64,000 nucleotides of DNA from Desulfurococcaceae archaeon (lineage in GTDB: Archaea > Thermoproteota > Thermoprotei_A > Sulfolobales > Desulfurococcaceae). The stretch is from contig JAWBAI010000005.1 of NCBI GenBank assembly GCA_038816475.1, positions 1-64,000 of the forward strand. Direction: 5' to 3'. Positions 1 to 8,511 of this stretch are shown piece after piece. The translations under genes were made by a program, and so were the position numbers. Numbering within the stretch: position 1 is the first letter of the stretch; each line of letters begins with the position of its first letter. A model generated the notes under the pieces. The model had not been told where the DNA came from and ran no database searches. It was given only the letters and a program-made list of their open reading frames with translations.

Positions 1-128
1 GCCCACCCGCCTCTCACCGTGACTAGCTCTGGTAGCATCCTTGGTGGCTCCTCCTCCGCGGTTACAACCAGTGGTACCATTAATCCAACTGCTACTACGG
101 CTACAGCGATCAAACCCAGGTACTTCAT
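1..128 (-). CDS. 5' part of a secreted protein (signal peptide), running off the window edge; possibly a solute-binding protein
   Basis: Not in the ORF track. The minus strand from ATG at 128 reads MKYLGLIAVAVVAVGLMVPLVVTAEEEPPRMLPELVTVRGGW (basic start, hydrophobic core, possible VTA cleavage site), with a GGTGA RBS-like motif just upstream. Confidence 0.7.
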   Translation of the reverse strand, partial: MKYLGLIAVAVVAVGLMVPLVVTAEEEPPRMLPELVTVRGGW

Positions 129-170
129 CCTTCTCACCCATGAAAAAGCTACGGTCATCGTTAAAAATAA

Positions 171-242
171 GGAACAACTCGGAACAGCCGCTGAAACACC
201 CGGCTCAAACCGTTCCAGATCGTTCCAGCACGCGGAACGATC
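171..242. promoter_or_regulatory. GGAAC/GTTCC repeat array with a 9-bp inverted repeat upstream of the secreted-protein gene
   Basis: GGAAC at 171, 181 and 234; GTTCC at 212 and 222; perfect inverted repeat GATCGTTCC (218-226) / GGAACGATC (234-242); AT-rich TATA-like tract at 160-170. Confidence 0.4.
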
Positions 243-324
243 GTGTAAATGCAAACCTCACAGTATTCCCTTATGGAGTCTGGTTGTGGTGGAGGAAGAA
301 AGAGCTGTGAAAAATCAAAAAGCT

Positions 325-1326
325 TTAAGGCTTTATTTCTCTTCTACGTTCAGGGTACACTACTACGCCATCTATTGGTTTGCCCTGTAGGTAGTTTTCA
401 ATAGCTTCTACGACAGCGTAGTCCATTCCTGCAAGTGCTTCGTACGTGTAGGCTGCTGTGTGAGGTGTTATTATGATGTTCTGGTACTTCAGGAACCTGT
501 GCTCCGGACCTATTGGTTCTCCTTCAACAACATCCGCAGCGTAAGCACTCACTAACCCTTTTTCTATGGCTTCTACTATAGCATCTTCGTCTACGAGCTC
601 CCCTCTTGCAGTGTTAACTATGATAATACCCTTCTTCGCTTTTTCTAGAACTCTCTTATTCACCATTTTTCTTGTTTCCTCAGTTAGTGGTGTGTGAAGT
701 GTCATTATGTCACACTTCGAGAAAACCTCCTCAAGAGTTTTAACGTACTCGTAGCCTAGTGCTTCCACTTTTTCTCTAGGAACGTAGGGGTCGTACACGA
801 CGATCTTGGTGTTAAACCCCTTAGCTAGTATTTCGGCAACGCGTGAACCAATGTTTCCAAACCCGACTACACCAACAACAAGACTGCTGAGTTCTCTTCC
901 AACGAACTTTGCACGCTCATGCCATTTACCTTCTCTAACAGCTATGTATGATTGTGGAACGTACCTCAGCGCTGAGAGCATTAGTGCTATGGTATGCTCG
1001 GCAACAGCTTCTCTCTCCCTCCAGCCTGGAACACGTGCAACAACAACGCCGTGCTCCTCTGCTGCTTTAACATCTATGTTGTCGTACCCTATACCGTGTC
1101 TAACTATCATTACAACATCGTTGTTTCTCTCGAAGAATTCTCTATCGTACAGTGGGGTTACACTCGCTACGATAAAGTGAAAACCCTGGAGAGCTTCTGC
1201 GAGCCTAGAACCTCTGTAATCCTTGGGAACCTCTACTCTAGATACTTCCCCCAGCTTCTTTAACCTCTCAATCGCATCAGTGTACACTCCAAAAGACTTA
1301 GAGTTCACCACGGCGATTCTGATCAA
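325..1326 (-). CDS. D-isomer-specific 2-hydroxyacid dehydrogenase (glycerate/phosphoglycerate dehydrogenase family)
   Basis: GIGYDNID, AVAEH, Rossmann GFGNIG, NTARG and catalytic ITPHTA motifs. Confidence 0.92.
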   Translation of the reverse strand: MIRIAVVNSKSFGVYTDAIERLKKLGEVSRVEVPKDYRGSRLAEALQGFHFIVASVTPLYDREFFERNNDVVMIVRHGIGYDNIDVKAAEEHGVVVARVPGWREREAVAEHTIALMLSALRYVPQSYIAVREGKWHERAKFVGRELSSLVVGVVGFGNIGSRVAEILAKGFNTKIVVYDPYVPREKVEALGYEYVKTLEEVFSKCDIMTLHTPLTEETRKMVNKRVLEKAKKGIIIVNTARGELVDEDAIVEAIEKGLVSAYAADVVEGEPIGPEHRFLKYQNIIITPHTAAYTYEALAGMDYAVVEAIENYLQGKPIDGVVVYPERRREIKP

Positions 1327-2219
1327 CGCTTAACCGCCTCAAGAACCTTCTGTAGCGTGTTCCTGGCTTCTTCAACGTGTCTAGGGTCGAACTCGTGCAC
1401 CATTTGAACAGGTGGATAACCTGGGTTTAGTCCTCTGTACCTGAGTACTTCGCGAATCGCTTCTTGACCCTCACTACTCAGCTTAGACAGTGCTTTTCTT
1501 AACTTGTTAGCGAGGTACTGCAGCTCAATGGCTTTCTTGTGATTCCCGTTGATGACGCTTTCGTAGATAGCTACGGCAAGCTCAGGTACTACGTTTGATA
1601 TTCCGCATATGTGTGCAGAAGCCCCGATAGCGAACGTGTAGTAAAGGAACGAGTCTCCGGCTCCAGCGATAAAGTACTTATCACCGAATCTTGTAGCGTA
1701 TTCAAGGAGTTGTTCAACATCCCTGCTCGTATCCTTTACTCCAACAACGTTTTTAACTCTATCAACTATTGCCTGGAAGTCGTCTGGAGTTACATTGTAA
1801 CCTTGTCTTCCAGGATTGTTGTATAGTACTATCTTGGTATCGATCTTTGAAGAGATGTACTCGTAGAACTCCACTAGTCCTCTCCTCGTGGGTTTATGAT
1901 AGAGAGGTGCTATGATACTCACTTCGCTGTATCCCAGGTCTCTGACCTTCTTACCAAGCTCTATGATCGAGTCAATTCCGGCTGTACCTATATGTGGTAG
2001 TAGGTACATACCACTAGGTGCGTACTCAATGGCTTTCTCGAATATCTTGAGCTTTATTTGAACCGGTAGGATTACACCTTCTCCATAAGTACCTGCTAGG
2101 TAGAGTCCATGAACACCGCTACCAGCTTGAAACTCTATGAGCTGCCTCAAGCACTCAACGCATAAATCTCCATCTTTGGTAAGAGGTGTTATTAGAGCTG
2201 TGATAATCCCATGCTTCAT
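1323..2219 (-). CDS. DHDPS/N-acetylneuraminate lyase/KDG aldolase family protein
   Basis: ALITP start, GTYGE motif, LYNNP Tyr and GVKDT Schiff-base Lys. Confidence 0.9.
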   Translation of the reverse strand: MKHGIITALITPLTKDGDLCVECLRQLIEFQAGSGVHGLYLAGTYGEGVILPVQIKLKIFEKAIEYAPSGMYLLPHIGTAGIDSIIELGKKVRDLGYSEVSIIAPLYHKPTRRGLVEFYEYISSKIDTKIVLYNNPGRQGYNVTPDDFQAIVDRVKNVVGVKDTSRDVEQLLEYATRFGDKYFIAGAGDSFLYYTFAIGASAHICGISNVVPELAVAIYESVINGNHKKAIELQYLANKLRKALSKLSSEGQEAIREVLRYRGLNPGYPPVQMVHEFDPRHVEEARNTLQKVLEAVKR

Positions 2220-2309
2220 GCATACCCGCCTGCTTTTCCCAGAAGACGGTCAAGCTTATAATACTTACATGGAAACATTTTTATTGTTCAAGGGAAGAGT
2301 CAACATCTT

Positions 2310-3809
2310 CTACATAGCAAATGAAGCAGTAAAGTGCAGTAGTTTCTTGAAAAACCCGTAGTTTCTTCTCAGTTTCTCGCTTAGTTTTAAATTAGGCGTT
2401 TTAATTTCCTTGGTGAACTTTTCTAGTAGAAGAGGAAGCTCGTTCCTCTTTATGGCGTTTAAAGCTAGCATAGCCAGCGTGGAGTTACCAAAGTGCGTTG
2501 CATCAGGTATCTCGGAAAAATGTACGTTCTTCTCCAGGGCACTTGCAAGCATTTCCCTAACTATCGGTATCTGTGTAACCTTACCTCCAGCAACCACGCT
2601 TTCGTAACGAGCACCCGATGCTCCAAGTAGCTCGTCCACGAACCTTAGTAACAGTACTAGTCCTTCAAGCGTCGAGCAGACGAGGAGTGGAACATTTAAA
2701 CCTTCTCTCATACCGGCAATCCAAACACCCGTGCTTTTTGAGAGTTGTGGGTGTCTCTCGGGGTATAGTAGTGGTATAATCAATGGTGTTTGAGCCTCAG
2801 CGTAGTTTTCCGGGGAAACTTCTCTAGCTTTTTCTACAAGCTGTTCAACGGTTAAACCTAGTGTTCCAGCAAGGTACTCCAGTACAATACCGCAGTTGTT
2901 TAAACCGAGCCCCGGTATCCACGTGTTCCGGTATAGATAGTAGGACTGTATGCTCATGGAGCTTTTATCTATAACGGGGCTTGGACTATTGACTCTCAGC
3001 ATGCTACTAGTACCCATGTTTACAACCCCAACGCTCCTCGTTCCGCCCGATAACCCGAATATCATGGATCCACCGTCGAATAGTCCCAGAACTACGCGGG
3101 TTTTCTCGGGTATCCCCATTGTACTTGCGATCCCGGGCTTAACCCATGTTACGTAGTCTCCTTCTTCTAATCTGGGTAACTGTGATTCATCCAATCCTAC
3201 GATCGAGAGCACGTAATCATCCCACTTCAGATTCCAAATGTTCATCAGCTGGTAAGTTCCACTAGCAGTCGAATAATCGGTTACTACCTCTCCCGTAAAG
3301 TAGCTCATGATCAATGATTTAGCGTCTGCTATTAAACTACTACGTACAACCTCAGGGTTCACGCGCAGCATGTAGAGTATCTTAGGCAGAGTGTAGATGT
3401 AGAGAGGTGGACAACCGGTCCTCATGTATATGTCTTCAGCATTCCTAAGTACGTAGTCAAGAGAACTCTCAGATCGCCTATCTAACCAGGTTATAATGTT
3501 GCTCACGAACTTCCCGCTTCTCGTCAATAGAACAGCTGAGAAGAGGTACACAGAGAACACGAGTACATCTGGAACACCTGATGTCCTAACTAGGTGCTTT
3601 ACGAGCTTTACAACCTCACCTAGTACGTAGCTGGGCATGTGCTCGTGAACAAGCCCGTCTGTTACGGCTTGTTGCCTAACGTTCACAGTGCTCAAAGTGA
3701 TCAGGGTTTTATCTTGCTCATTGAACTCCGTATATGCAGCCTTAATGTACGATGTACCAACGTCGATCGACACTATTCTCACATAAAACACCAACCTTGG
3801 TTTCATCAC
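2310..3809 (-). CDS. FGGY-family carbohydrate kinase (gluconokinase/xylulokinase-like); true start probably near 3783
   Basis: SIDVGTSYIKA phosphate motif, ITWLDRRS, TDYSTASGT, NMGTS, LEG and VAGG motifs. Confidence 0.9.
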   Translation of the reverse strand: MMKPRLVFYVRIVSIDVGTSYIKAAYTEFNEQDKTLITLSTVNVRQQAVTDGLVHEHMPSYVLGEVVKLVKHLVRTSGVPDVLVFSVYLFSAVLLTRSGKFVSNIITWLDRRSESSLDYVLRNAEDIYMRTGCPPLYIYTLPKILYMLRVNPEVVRSSLIADAKSLIMSYFTGEVVTDYSTASGTYQLMNIWNLKWDDYVLSIVGLDESQLPRLEEGDYVTWVKPGIASTMGIPEKTRVVLGLFDGGSMIFGLSGGTRSVGVVNMGTSSMLRVNSPSPVIDKSSMSIQSYYLYRNTWIPGLGLNNCGIVLEYLAGTLGLTVEQLVEKAREVSPENYAEAQTPLIIPLLYPERHPQLSKSTGVWIAGMREGLNVPLLVCSTLEGLVLLLRFVDELLGASGARYESVVAGGKVTQIPIVREMLASALEKNVHFSEIPDATHFGNSTLAMLALNAIKRNELPLLLEKFTKEIKTPNLKLSEKLRRNYGFFKKLLHFTASFAM

Positions 3810-3854
3810 TTGTGAGTTAAAACAGCATCGTAAAATACGGTTTTAAGTAGTAAC

Positions 3855-4788
3855 CTATACTGCTTCCTCGAAGATCTTCCTGAGCACTTTGCCAACAGCC
3901 TTCTTTAGGGTTATGCAAGCAGCTGGCTTAGAGGCTCCAATAGCCTTCGAGAAGGCGTCAAGCCCCCCGCTCTTTCTCGGCTGTACAATGTAGCCCGTTA
4001 CATAAGCCTTGTAGAGAACGTGTAGTTCTCGTGGTGTTAACTCAGACAACAGTATGTTGCGCGATGCGGTGATCAAGGCTTGCTCGAAGCATTGCTGAGG
4101 ATCCGTATTCTTTACGTACACGTATTTCTCGCCATAGTATGCTCTAAGGTTATCAAGGTACTTTTCGATGTCGACAGCATACCCGAATACGCAGAATCTT
4201 CGAAACCATTTCCCGCTCTAGGTTTTTGTGGGTTTTCCTAGGGCGGGTCATCACGGTTTCCCTGAGCCCCCTCCCCACGGTCTGCCGTGGGTCTCGGAAA
4301 CCCAGGGTCACCAGGAGCAGTTGTTACTCACCTGGTTTATAAACCTTGCTAAACTTAATCACCTCGAGAACCATAAGCATCCACGAGAAACCCACAAAAA
4401 CCTAGCACACAAAAACAGTTGTCAACCCTCTGTGAATAGTGTATGGGACAACGAGCTTCACGTTGTACGGGGTAAGTAGCTCAAGGAACTCGCAGGAATC
4501 CTTCAAAGCTAAAGCAAAGTAGCTTGTTGAGCTCTTGAACTCCTTCAATGCAATGATCTTTGACTTCTCTTTACCTCTAAGGTTTTTCACAGCTTCACTT
4601 AATGCGTCACTTTGGTTTATACGAGAGTGAAATGCTACGAAGTAAAGTTTGCTTTTCTCGTCTCTATCAACATACAGAACTAGAGGTTCGGCAATGCGCT
4701 TCGAAATACTAGCAAATAAGCTCTCTGGAGAAGCCTTAGCAGTTACAACGTAGCTTTTAATCTTCAAGTAACCACCGGGTACTCCCAT
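3855..4788 (-). pseudogene. HTH-10 (Bat-like C-terminal HTH) transcription regulator interrupted by a 220-bp insertion
   Basis: ORFs 4402-4788 and 3855-4121 are two halves. Deleting 4206-4425 joins ...PYTIHRG to FRRFCVFG... in frame, giving 237 aa. The C-terminus LTPRELHVLYKAYVTGY..PRK...LKKA is typical of HTH-10. Confidence 0.85.
4206..4427 (-). mobile_element. Non-autonomous insertion element (MITE-like), probably derived from the IS607 (or IS200/IS605) family
   Basis: Precise interruption of a gene; AACC at both junctions (4204-4207, 4424-4427); 18-bp subterminal inverted repeat (4218-4235 / 4388-4405); CACAAAAAC direct repeats (4393-4401, 4408-4416); internal GC-rich hairpin; no transposase. 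Confidence 0.8.
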
Positions 4789-4854
4789 TAAAATTTGAAA
4801 AGAACAAGCTCTTAATATGCTTTTAAGTGCTACAATAGTATATCGTGAATTGGT

Positions 4855-4928
4855 GGGCCCGTCGTCTAGCCTGGTAGGACGCCGCCCTCACACGGCGGAG
4901 GTCCGGGGTTCAAATCCCCGCGGGCCCA
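4855..4928 (+). tRNA. tRNA-Val(CAC), intronless, CCA not encoded
   Basis: Acceptor stem GGGCCCG/CGGGCCC; anticodon stem CCGCC/GGCGG with loop CTCACAC (CAC at 4889-4891); T-arm GGTTCAAATCC; discriminator A4928. Confidence 0.97.
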
Positions 4929-5011
4929 CTTCGGGATAAGCACGCACATGAAGTATAAAATCCGCCTGGAGACCGAATAAAAATCACCGGGGCTCGCGAA
5001 GTACTCGTAAA

Positions 5012-5716
5012 CTACTTTCTACGAGTAATTAGGATAACCGCTACTGCTACGATGACTACTGCGATAACCGCTAAAGCGATGTAGAGAAATGGTACTTCGG
5101 CGCGTGGAGGTTGAACAGTGGGTGTAGGTGTTTGTTCTACCTCCTCGAGTGGTATGAGTATCGTGATCATGGATAACCCTATACCTCTAAGCCTTAGAAT
5201 ACCCTGCTCTTCGTATACAGCTTCAACAACTGTACCACCAGATAATGATACCTCGAAGTTCACTGGAATACCGAGTCTCAGCTCAAATACTACGTTACTG
5301 AAGTTTCGTAGAACGGATGTATCCACGGAGAGTGAATAGGTTCCAAGACTCTGCTCTTCGAGAATGTTCGACACGGAGAACAGTAGTTCTACAGTACCCG
5401 GGTAGCAGGCAATAAGATCTACGAGCCCCTGCTCTTCGTCGTAGTTAACACCGAGAACCCTCGTACCAGTGCTAGTGTAGTTCAGGAATTCAACTACGGC
5501 TTGCTCATTCAGTATGTTCACAGGAATATAGTAGGCTAGACAGTTAGTCTCAGTTACGTTCACCTCAACTACAAGAAAACCAGTATCATCCACGATACTG
5601 TAGGATACAATGTAGCTTACTCCTGCAACTTCACTGTATGCTACTGGAGCAACCATAAGTAGTACTACGAGTAGCACAAAAAGCACAGCAGACATGAACA
5701 ACTTCACGTGCTCCAC
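5012..5716 (-). CDS. Secreted, C-terminally anchored hypothetical surface protein
   Basis: N-terminal signal peptide, QTPTPTVQPP linker, C-terminal TM helix followed by TRRK. Confidence 0.8.
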   Translation of the reverse strand: MEHVKLFMSAVLFVLLVVLLMVAPVAYSEVAGVSYIVSYSIVDDTGFLVVEVNVTETNCLAYYIPVNILNEQAVVEFLNYTSTGTRVLGVNYDEEQGLVDLIACYPGTVELLFSVSNILEEQSLGTYSLSVDTSVLRNFSNVVFELRLGIPVNFEVSLSGGTVVEAVYEEQGILRLRGIGLSMITILIPLEEVEQTPTPTVQPPRAEVPFLYIALAVIAVVIVAVAVILITRRK

Positions 5717-5850
5717 CTTTAGTGATCTTACATCGCCATGAGTTTAAAAGGATTTAGTGCTAGAAAGTGTAGCGTAAGCATTCTTCAACGCACTCTTTTT
5801 TCCCGCCACTGTTATAACCCGGGCATCTTGTACTGAACCATGGTGAGTGC

Positions 5851-6849
5851 TTGAAGTGCATTATTCTTGCGCATGGAGATAGTGATGGAGTAGCTTCAGC
5901 ATCCTTGGTTAAGGCGTACTTCGATAATTTGAATTATAGTGTTGAGGTTGTTTTCACACATCCAGCTGGTCTACTGAGTGATTTGAAGGAGTTCGTGAAA
6001 GACCATGAAGTAGTGTTCATTGTCGATGTAGCACTTAATGAACTGCACGCTACGGAAATACTAAATAACCTTAGTACTCTCGCTAATAGAGCTAAAGTAG
6101 TGTACGTGGATCATCATCCACTACCAGAGGACCTCAGACTAACCTTGAACGTAGATGTTGTTTACGATACGTGCTGCTCAGCATCTGAACTCACTTACAG
6201 GTACTTGCACAAAATGGGTCTCGGATCCGATTACGCGAGAATTGCGTTGTACGGTGCTATTGGTGATTACCTCGATGAAACACCATGGGTTAAGCAAGAG
6301 CTTGACAACTGGGATAAAAGGTCAGTGTACCTGGAAGCTGGAATTCTAATACAGGGATTGGAGTGTGCTAGAAGAGATTACGAGTTTAAACGACGCGTTG
6401 TAGAGCATCTCTCTAAAAACAACTTGCCGAGCACGATGACTGAACTCGTTGAAAGAAGCCTTAAGCAGGCTGCTGAAGACGAGAAGCTACGTTTATGGGT
6501 CAAGGAGAACGTTGTAAGTCGCGGCTTAGTAGCCTATGTTCTAAACCCATCGGGTAGCGTGGGTAGAGCTGCAAACTACGCTAGAGTCTACGGAAGAGCG
6601 AAGGTCGGCATTGCCATAGAAGAGCGGAAGGAAATGTACGTTATGAGCTTACGCTCAGAACCCGGCATAGACTTAAACAGAGTACTCAGAATTCTCAGTA
6701 GGGAGCTAGGCGTAAACGGAGGCGGACACCCTCGCGCAGCTGGCGCACGCGTGAAAAAAGAGCTGTTTGAGAGGTTCCTGTCGGAACTGGAAAGACTTGT
6801 TGCGAGCTCGGGATCATCGTTGTCTTCGAAGGTGCACTCTACCTCTTGA
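5851..6849 (+). CDS. DHH/DHHA1 family phosphoesterase (RecJ/NrnA-like)
   Basis: HGDSDG, YVDHH, GAIGD and C-terminal GGGHPRAAGA motifs. Confidence 0.9.
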   Translation: MKCIILAHGDSDGVASASLVKAYFDNLNYSVEVVFTHPAGLLSDLKEFVKDHEVVFIVDVALNELHATEILNNLSTLANRAKVVYVDHHPLPEDLRLTLNVDVVYDTCCSASELTYRYLHKMGLGSDYARIALYGAIGDYLDETPWVKQELDNWDKRSVYLEAGILIQGLECARRDYEFKRRVVEHLSKNNLPSTMTELVERSLKQAAEDEKLRLWVKENVVSRGLVAYVLNPSGSVGRAANYARVYGRAKVGIAIEERKEMYVMSLRSEPGIDLNRVLRILSRELGVNGGGHPRAAGARVKKELFERFLSELERLVASSGSSLSSKVHSTS

Positions 6850-7435
6850 TCTTCGATATGAAGTACTGGTATATCTTCTTGTCACCTGTTATTTCGGGGT
6901 GAAATGTTAGAGCTAGCATGTTGTTCTGCTCGGCTACAGCACCAACTCTTCCAACTGCTGGATGATCTACGTAGCCCGTTATTCTTGCAGGTGTCCATGC
7001 GTCAACTATACCTGGTGCTCTGATGAAAGCGGCTTTCACTATCCCCACGTTCTCCACTTCTACATCAGCTATGAAGGAGTTTCTTTGCCTGCCGAATATG
7101 TTCCTAACAATACTAATGTTCATGACCTTGAGCGTGTACTGACCCGTTTCACCGACAACTCTGTCAACGACTTTTCGTGCCAGTAGTATTGCACCAGCGC
7201 ATGTTCCCATAACGGGCAAACCGTTCTCTATGTGCTTAACCAGGTGATCGCCGAGACCTATAATTGCAAGTAGTGATCCAATAGTTGTTGATTCACCACC
7301 TGGTATTATCAGAGCGCTTACTGCGGAGAGGTCTTCGGGTTTCTTCACCGTCTTGGTTTCCACTCCTAGTTCTCTCAGGATCTCCAAGTGCTCCAGGAAA
7401 TCCCCCTGTAAAGCGAGAACCCCCACTACGACCAT
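6839..7435 (-). CDS. pdxT: Pyridoxal 5'-phosphate synthase, glutaminase subunit
   Basis: GVLALQGDF, PGGEST, GTCAG, FIRAP and FHPE motifs. Confidence 0.97.
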   Translation of the reverse strand: MVVVGVLALQGDFLEHLEILRELGVETKTVKKPEDLSAVSALIIPGGESTTIGSLLAIIGLGDHLVKHIENGLPVMGTCAGAILLARKVVDRVVGETGQYTLKVMNISIVRNIFGRQRNSFIADVEVENVGIVKAAFIRAPGIVDAWTPARITGYVDHPAVGRVGAVAEQNNMLALTFHPEITGDKKIYQYFISKIKR

Positions 7436-7437
7436 TC

Positions 7438-8469
7438 CTACTCGCCTCTAACCTGCATTAACTGCTCGGGTTTCAGCGTTCTGATGTCAATGCCGAGCAT
7501 AGAGTACTTCTCGGAGACCATTTTCTGGGCTTCGACAACCGTTTCGGGATCATCGTAGAATGATGTAGCTAGTACTATGGCTCTTGCTCTGCTCTCCGGG
7601 TCCTGGCTCTTGAATATGCCGGAGCCGACGAACACACCGTCTGAACCAAGCCACATCATTAGTGCTGCATCAGCGGGTGTTGCAATACCACCAGCAGCGA
7701 AGTTAACCACCGGTAGTCTCCCCAGCTTAGCTGTTAGTAGTGCAAGCTCGTAGGGTACCTTGTTCTCCTTTGAGTAGAACCATATAGCTTCGTAGTCACG
7801 AGCTAAGAAGTACCCTCTCAGTGTAGCTATGTCTCTGTTGACGAGCTTCATGTGTTTTACAGCTTCAGCAACGTTGCCTGTGCCCGGTTCACCCTTCGTT
7901 CTGATCATTGAAGCACCCTCGTAGACTCTCCTGAGGGCCTCCGGCAGGTTTCTAGCACCGTTGACGAAGGGTGTTTTGAAATCCCACTTGTTAATGTGGT
8001 TTTTCTCGTCAACGGGGGTTAGAACCTCGCTTTCGTCTATCAGGTCCACGCCTATTTCCTCAAGCAGTTTCGCTTCCTCGGCGTGCCCAATTCTGCACTT
8101 AGCTGAGACGGGTATTGTTATTGTGTTCATTACGCTTACTATGACGTTTAGATCGGCTGTCCTGGCAACTCCACCAGCCATTCTTACATCGTAAGGTAGC
8201 TTATCCAAAACCATTACACCAACAGCACCAGCATCCTCGGCGATCTCAGCTTGCTTCTCGTTTGTAACATCCATTATAACTCCTCCCTTGAACATGGATA
8301 TGAAGCCGTAGCGTACCAATGGTGTTGCTTCACGTATGGGTACAATCTCTAACCCGCTCTCCTCGACTCTATCCCTGTACTCTAGAAGCGAATATATGAG
8401 GTCTCTGAGCTTTTCAAGATAAACATAGGCGTCTACAAGCTTCAACTTAAAACCCCGAGGTAAGCTCAC
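7438..8469 (-). CDS. pdxS: Pyridoxal 5'-phosphate synthase, lyase subunit (start may be TTG at 8445)
   Basis: [41 protein letters not shown] and [11 protein letters not shown] motifs. Confidence 0.97.
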   Translation of the reverse strand: MSLPRGFKLKLVDAYVYLEKLRDLIYSLLEYRDRVEESGLEIVPIREATPLVRYGFISMFKGGVIMDVTNEKQAEIAEDAGAVGVMVLDKLPYDVRMAGGVARTADLNVIVSVMNTITIPVSAKCRIGHAEEAKLLEEIGVDLIDESEVLTPVDEKNHINKWDFKTPFVNGARNLPEALRRVYEGASMIRTKGEPGTGNVAEAVKHMKLVNRDIATLRGYFLARDYEAIWFYSKENKVPYELALLTAKLGRLPVVNFAAGGIATPADAALMMWLGSDGVFVGSGIFKSQDPESRARAIVLATSFYDDPETVVEAQKMVSEKYSMLGIDIRTLKPEQLMQVRGE

Positions 8470-8480
8470 GCAAGCAGACT

Positions 8481-8505
8481 CATATAAAACTTATTGAACG
8501 TTCAA
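8481..8505 (-). promoter_or_regulatory. Putative pdxS promoter: TATA box plus an upstream 12-bp palindrome
   Basis: Minus-strand TTTTATATG at 8481-8489; perfect palindrome TTGAACGTTCAA at 8494-8505. Confidence 0.55.
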
Positions 8506-8511
8506 CAGAGA

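Noticed and set aside
19-390. Plus-strand ORFs 19-390 and 41-310
   Set aside because: They are antisense to the signal-peptide gene (1-128) and overlap its upstream region; no protein-like features.
4218-4405. Reading the insertion as a classic MITE with terminal inverted repeats and a CTAG target duplication
   Set aside because: Removing only this part leaves an in-frame TAG and 11 extra codons in the regulator. The larger 220-bp removal restores a clean frame, so the repeats are subterminal.
4228-4479. 83-aa plus-strand ORF inside the insertion
   Set aside because: No transposase motifs; it crosses the element boundary and is probably a chance ORF over structured DNA.
4855-5716. tRNA-Val as the attachment site of an integrated element
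   Set aside because: No integrase and no duplicated tRNA 3' end were seen in the window; downstream genes are mostly housekeeping.
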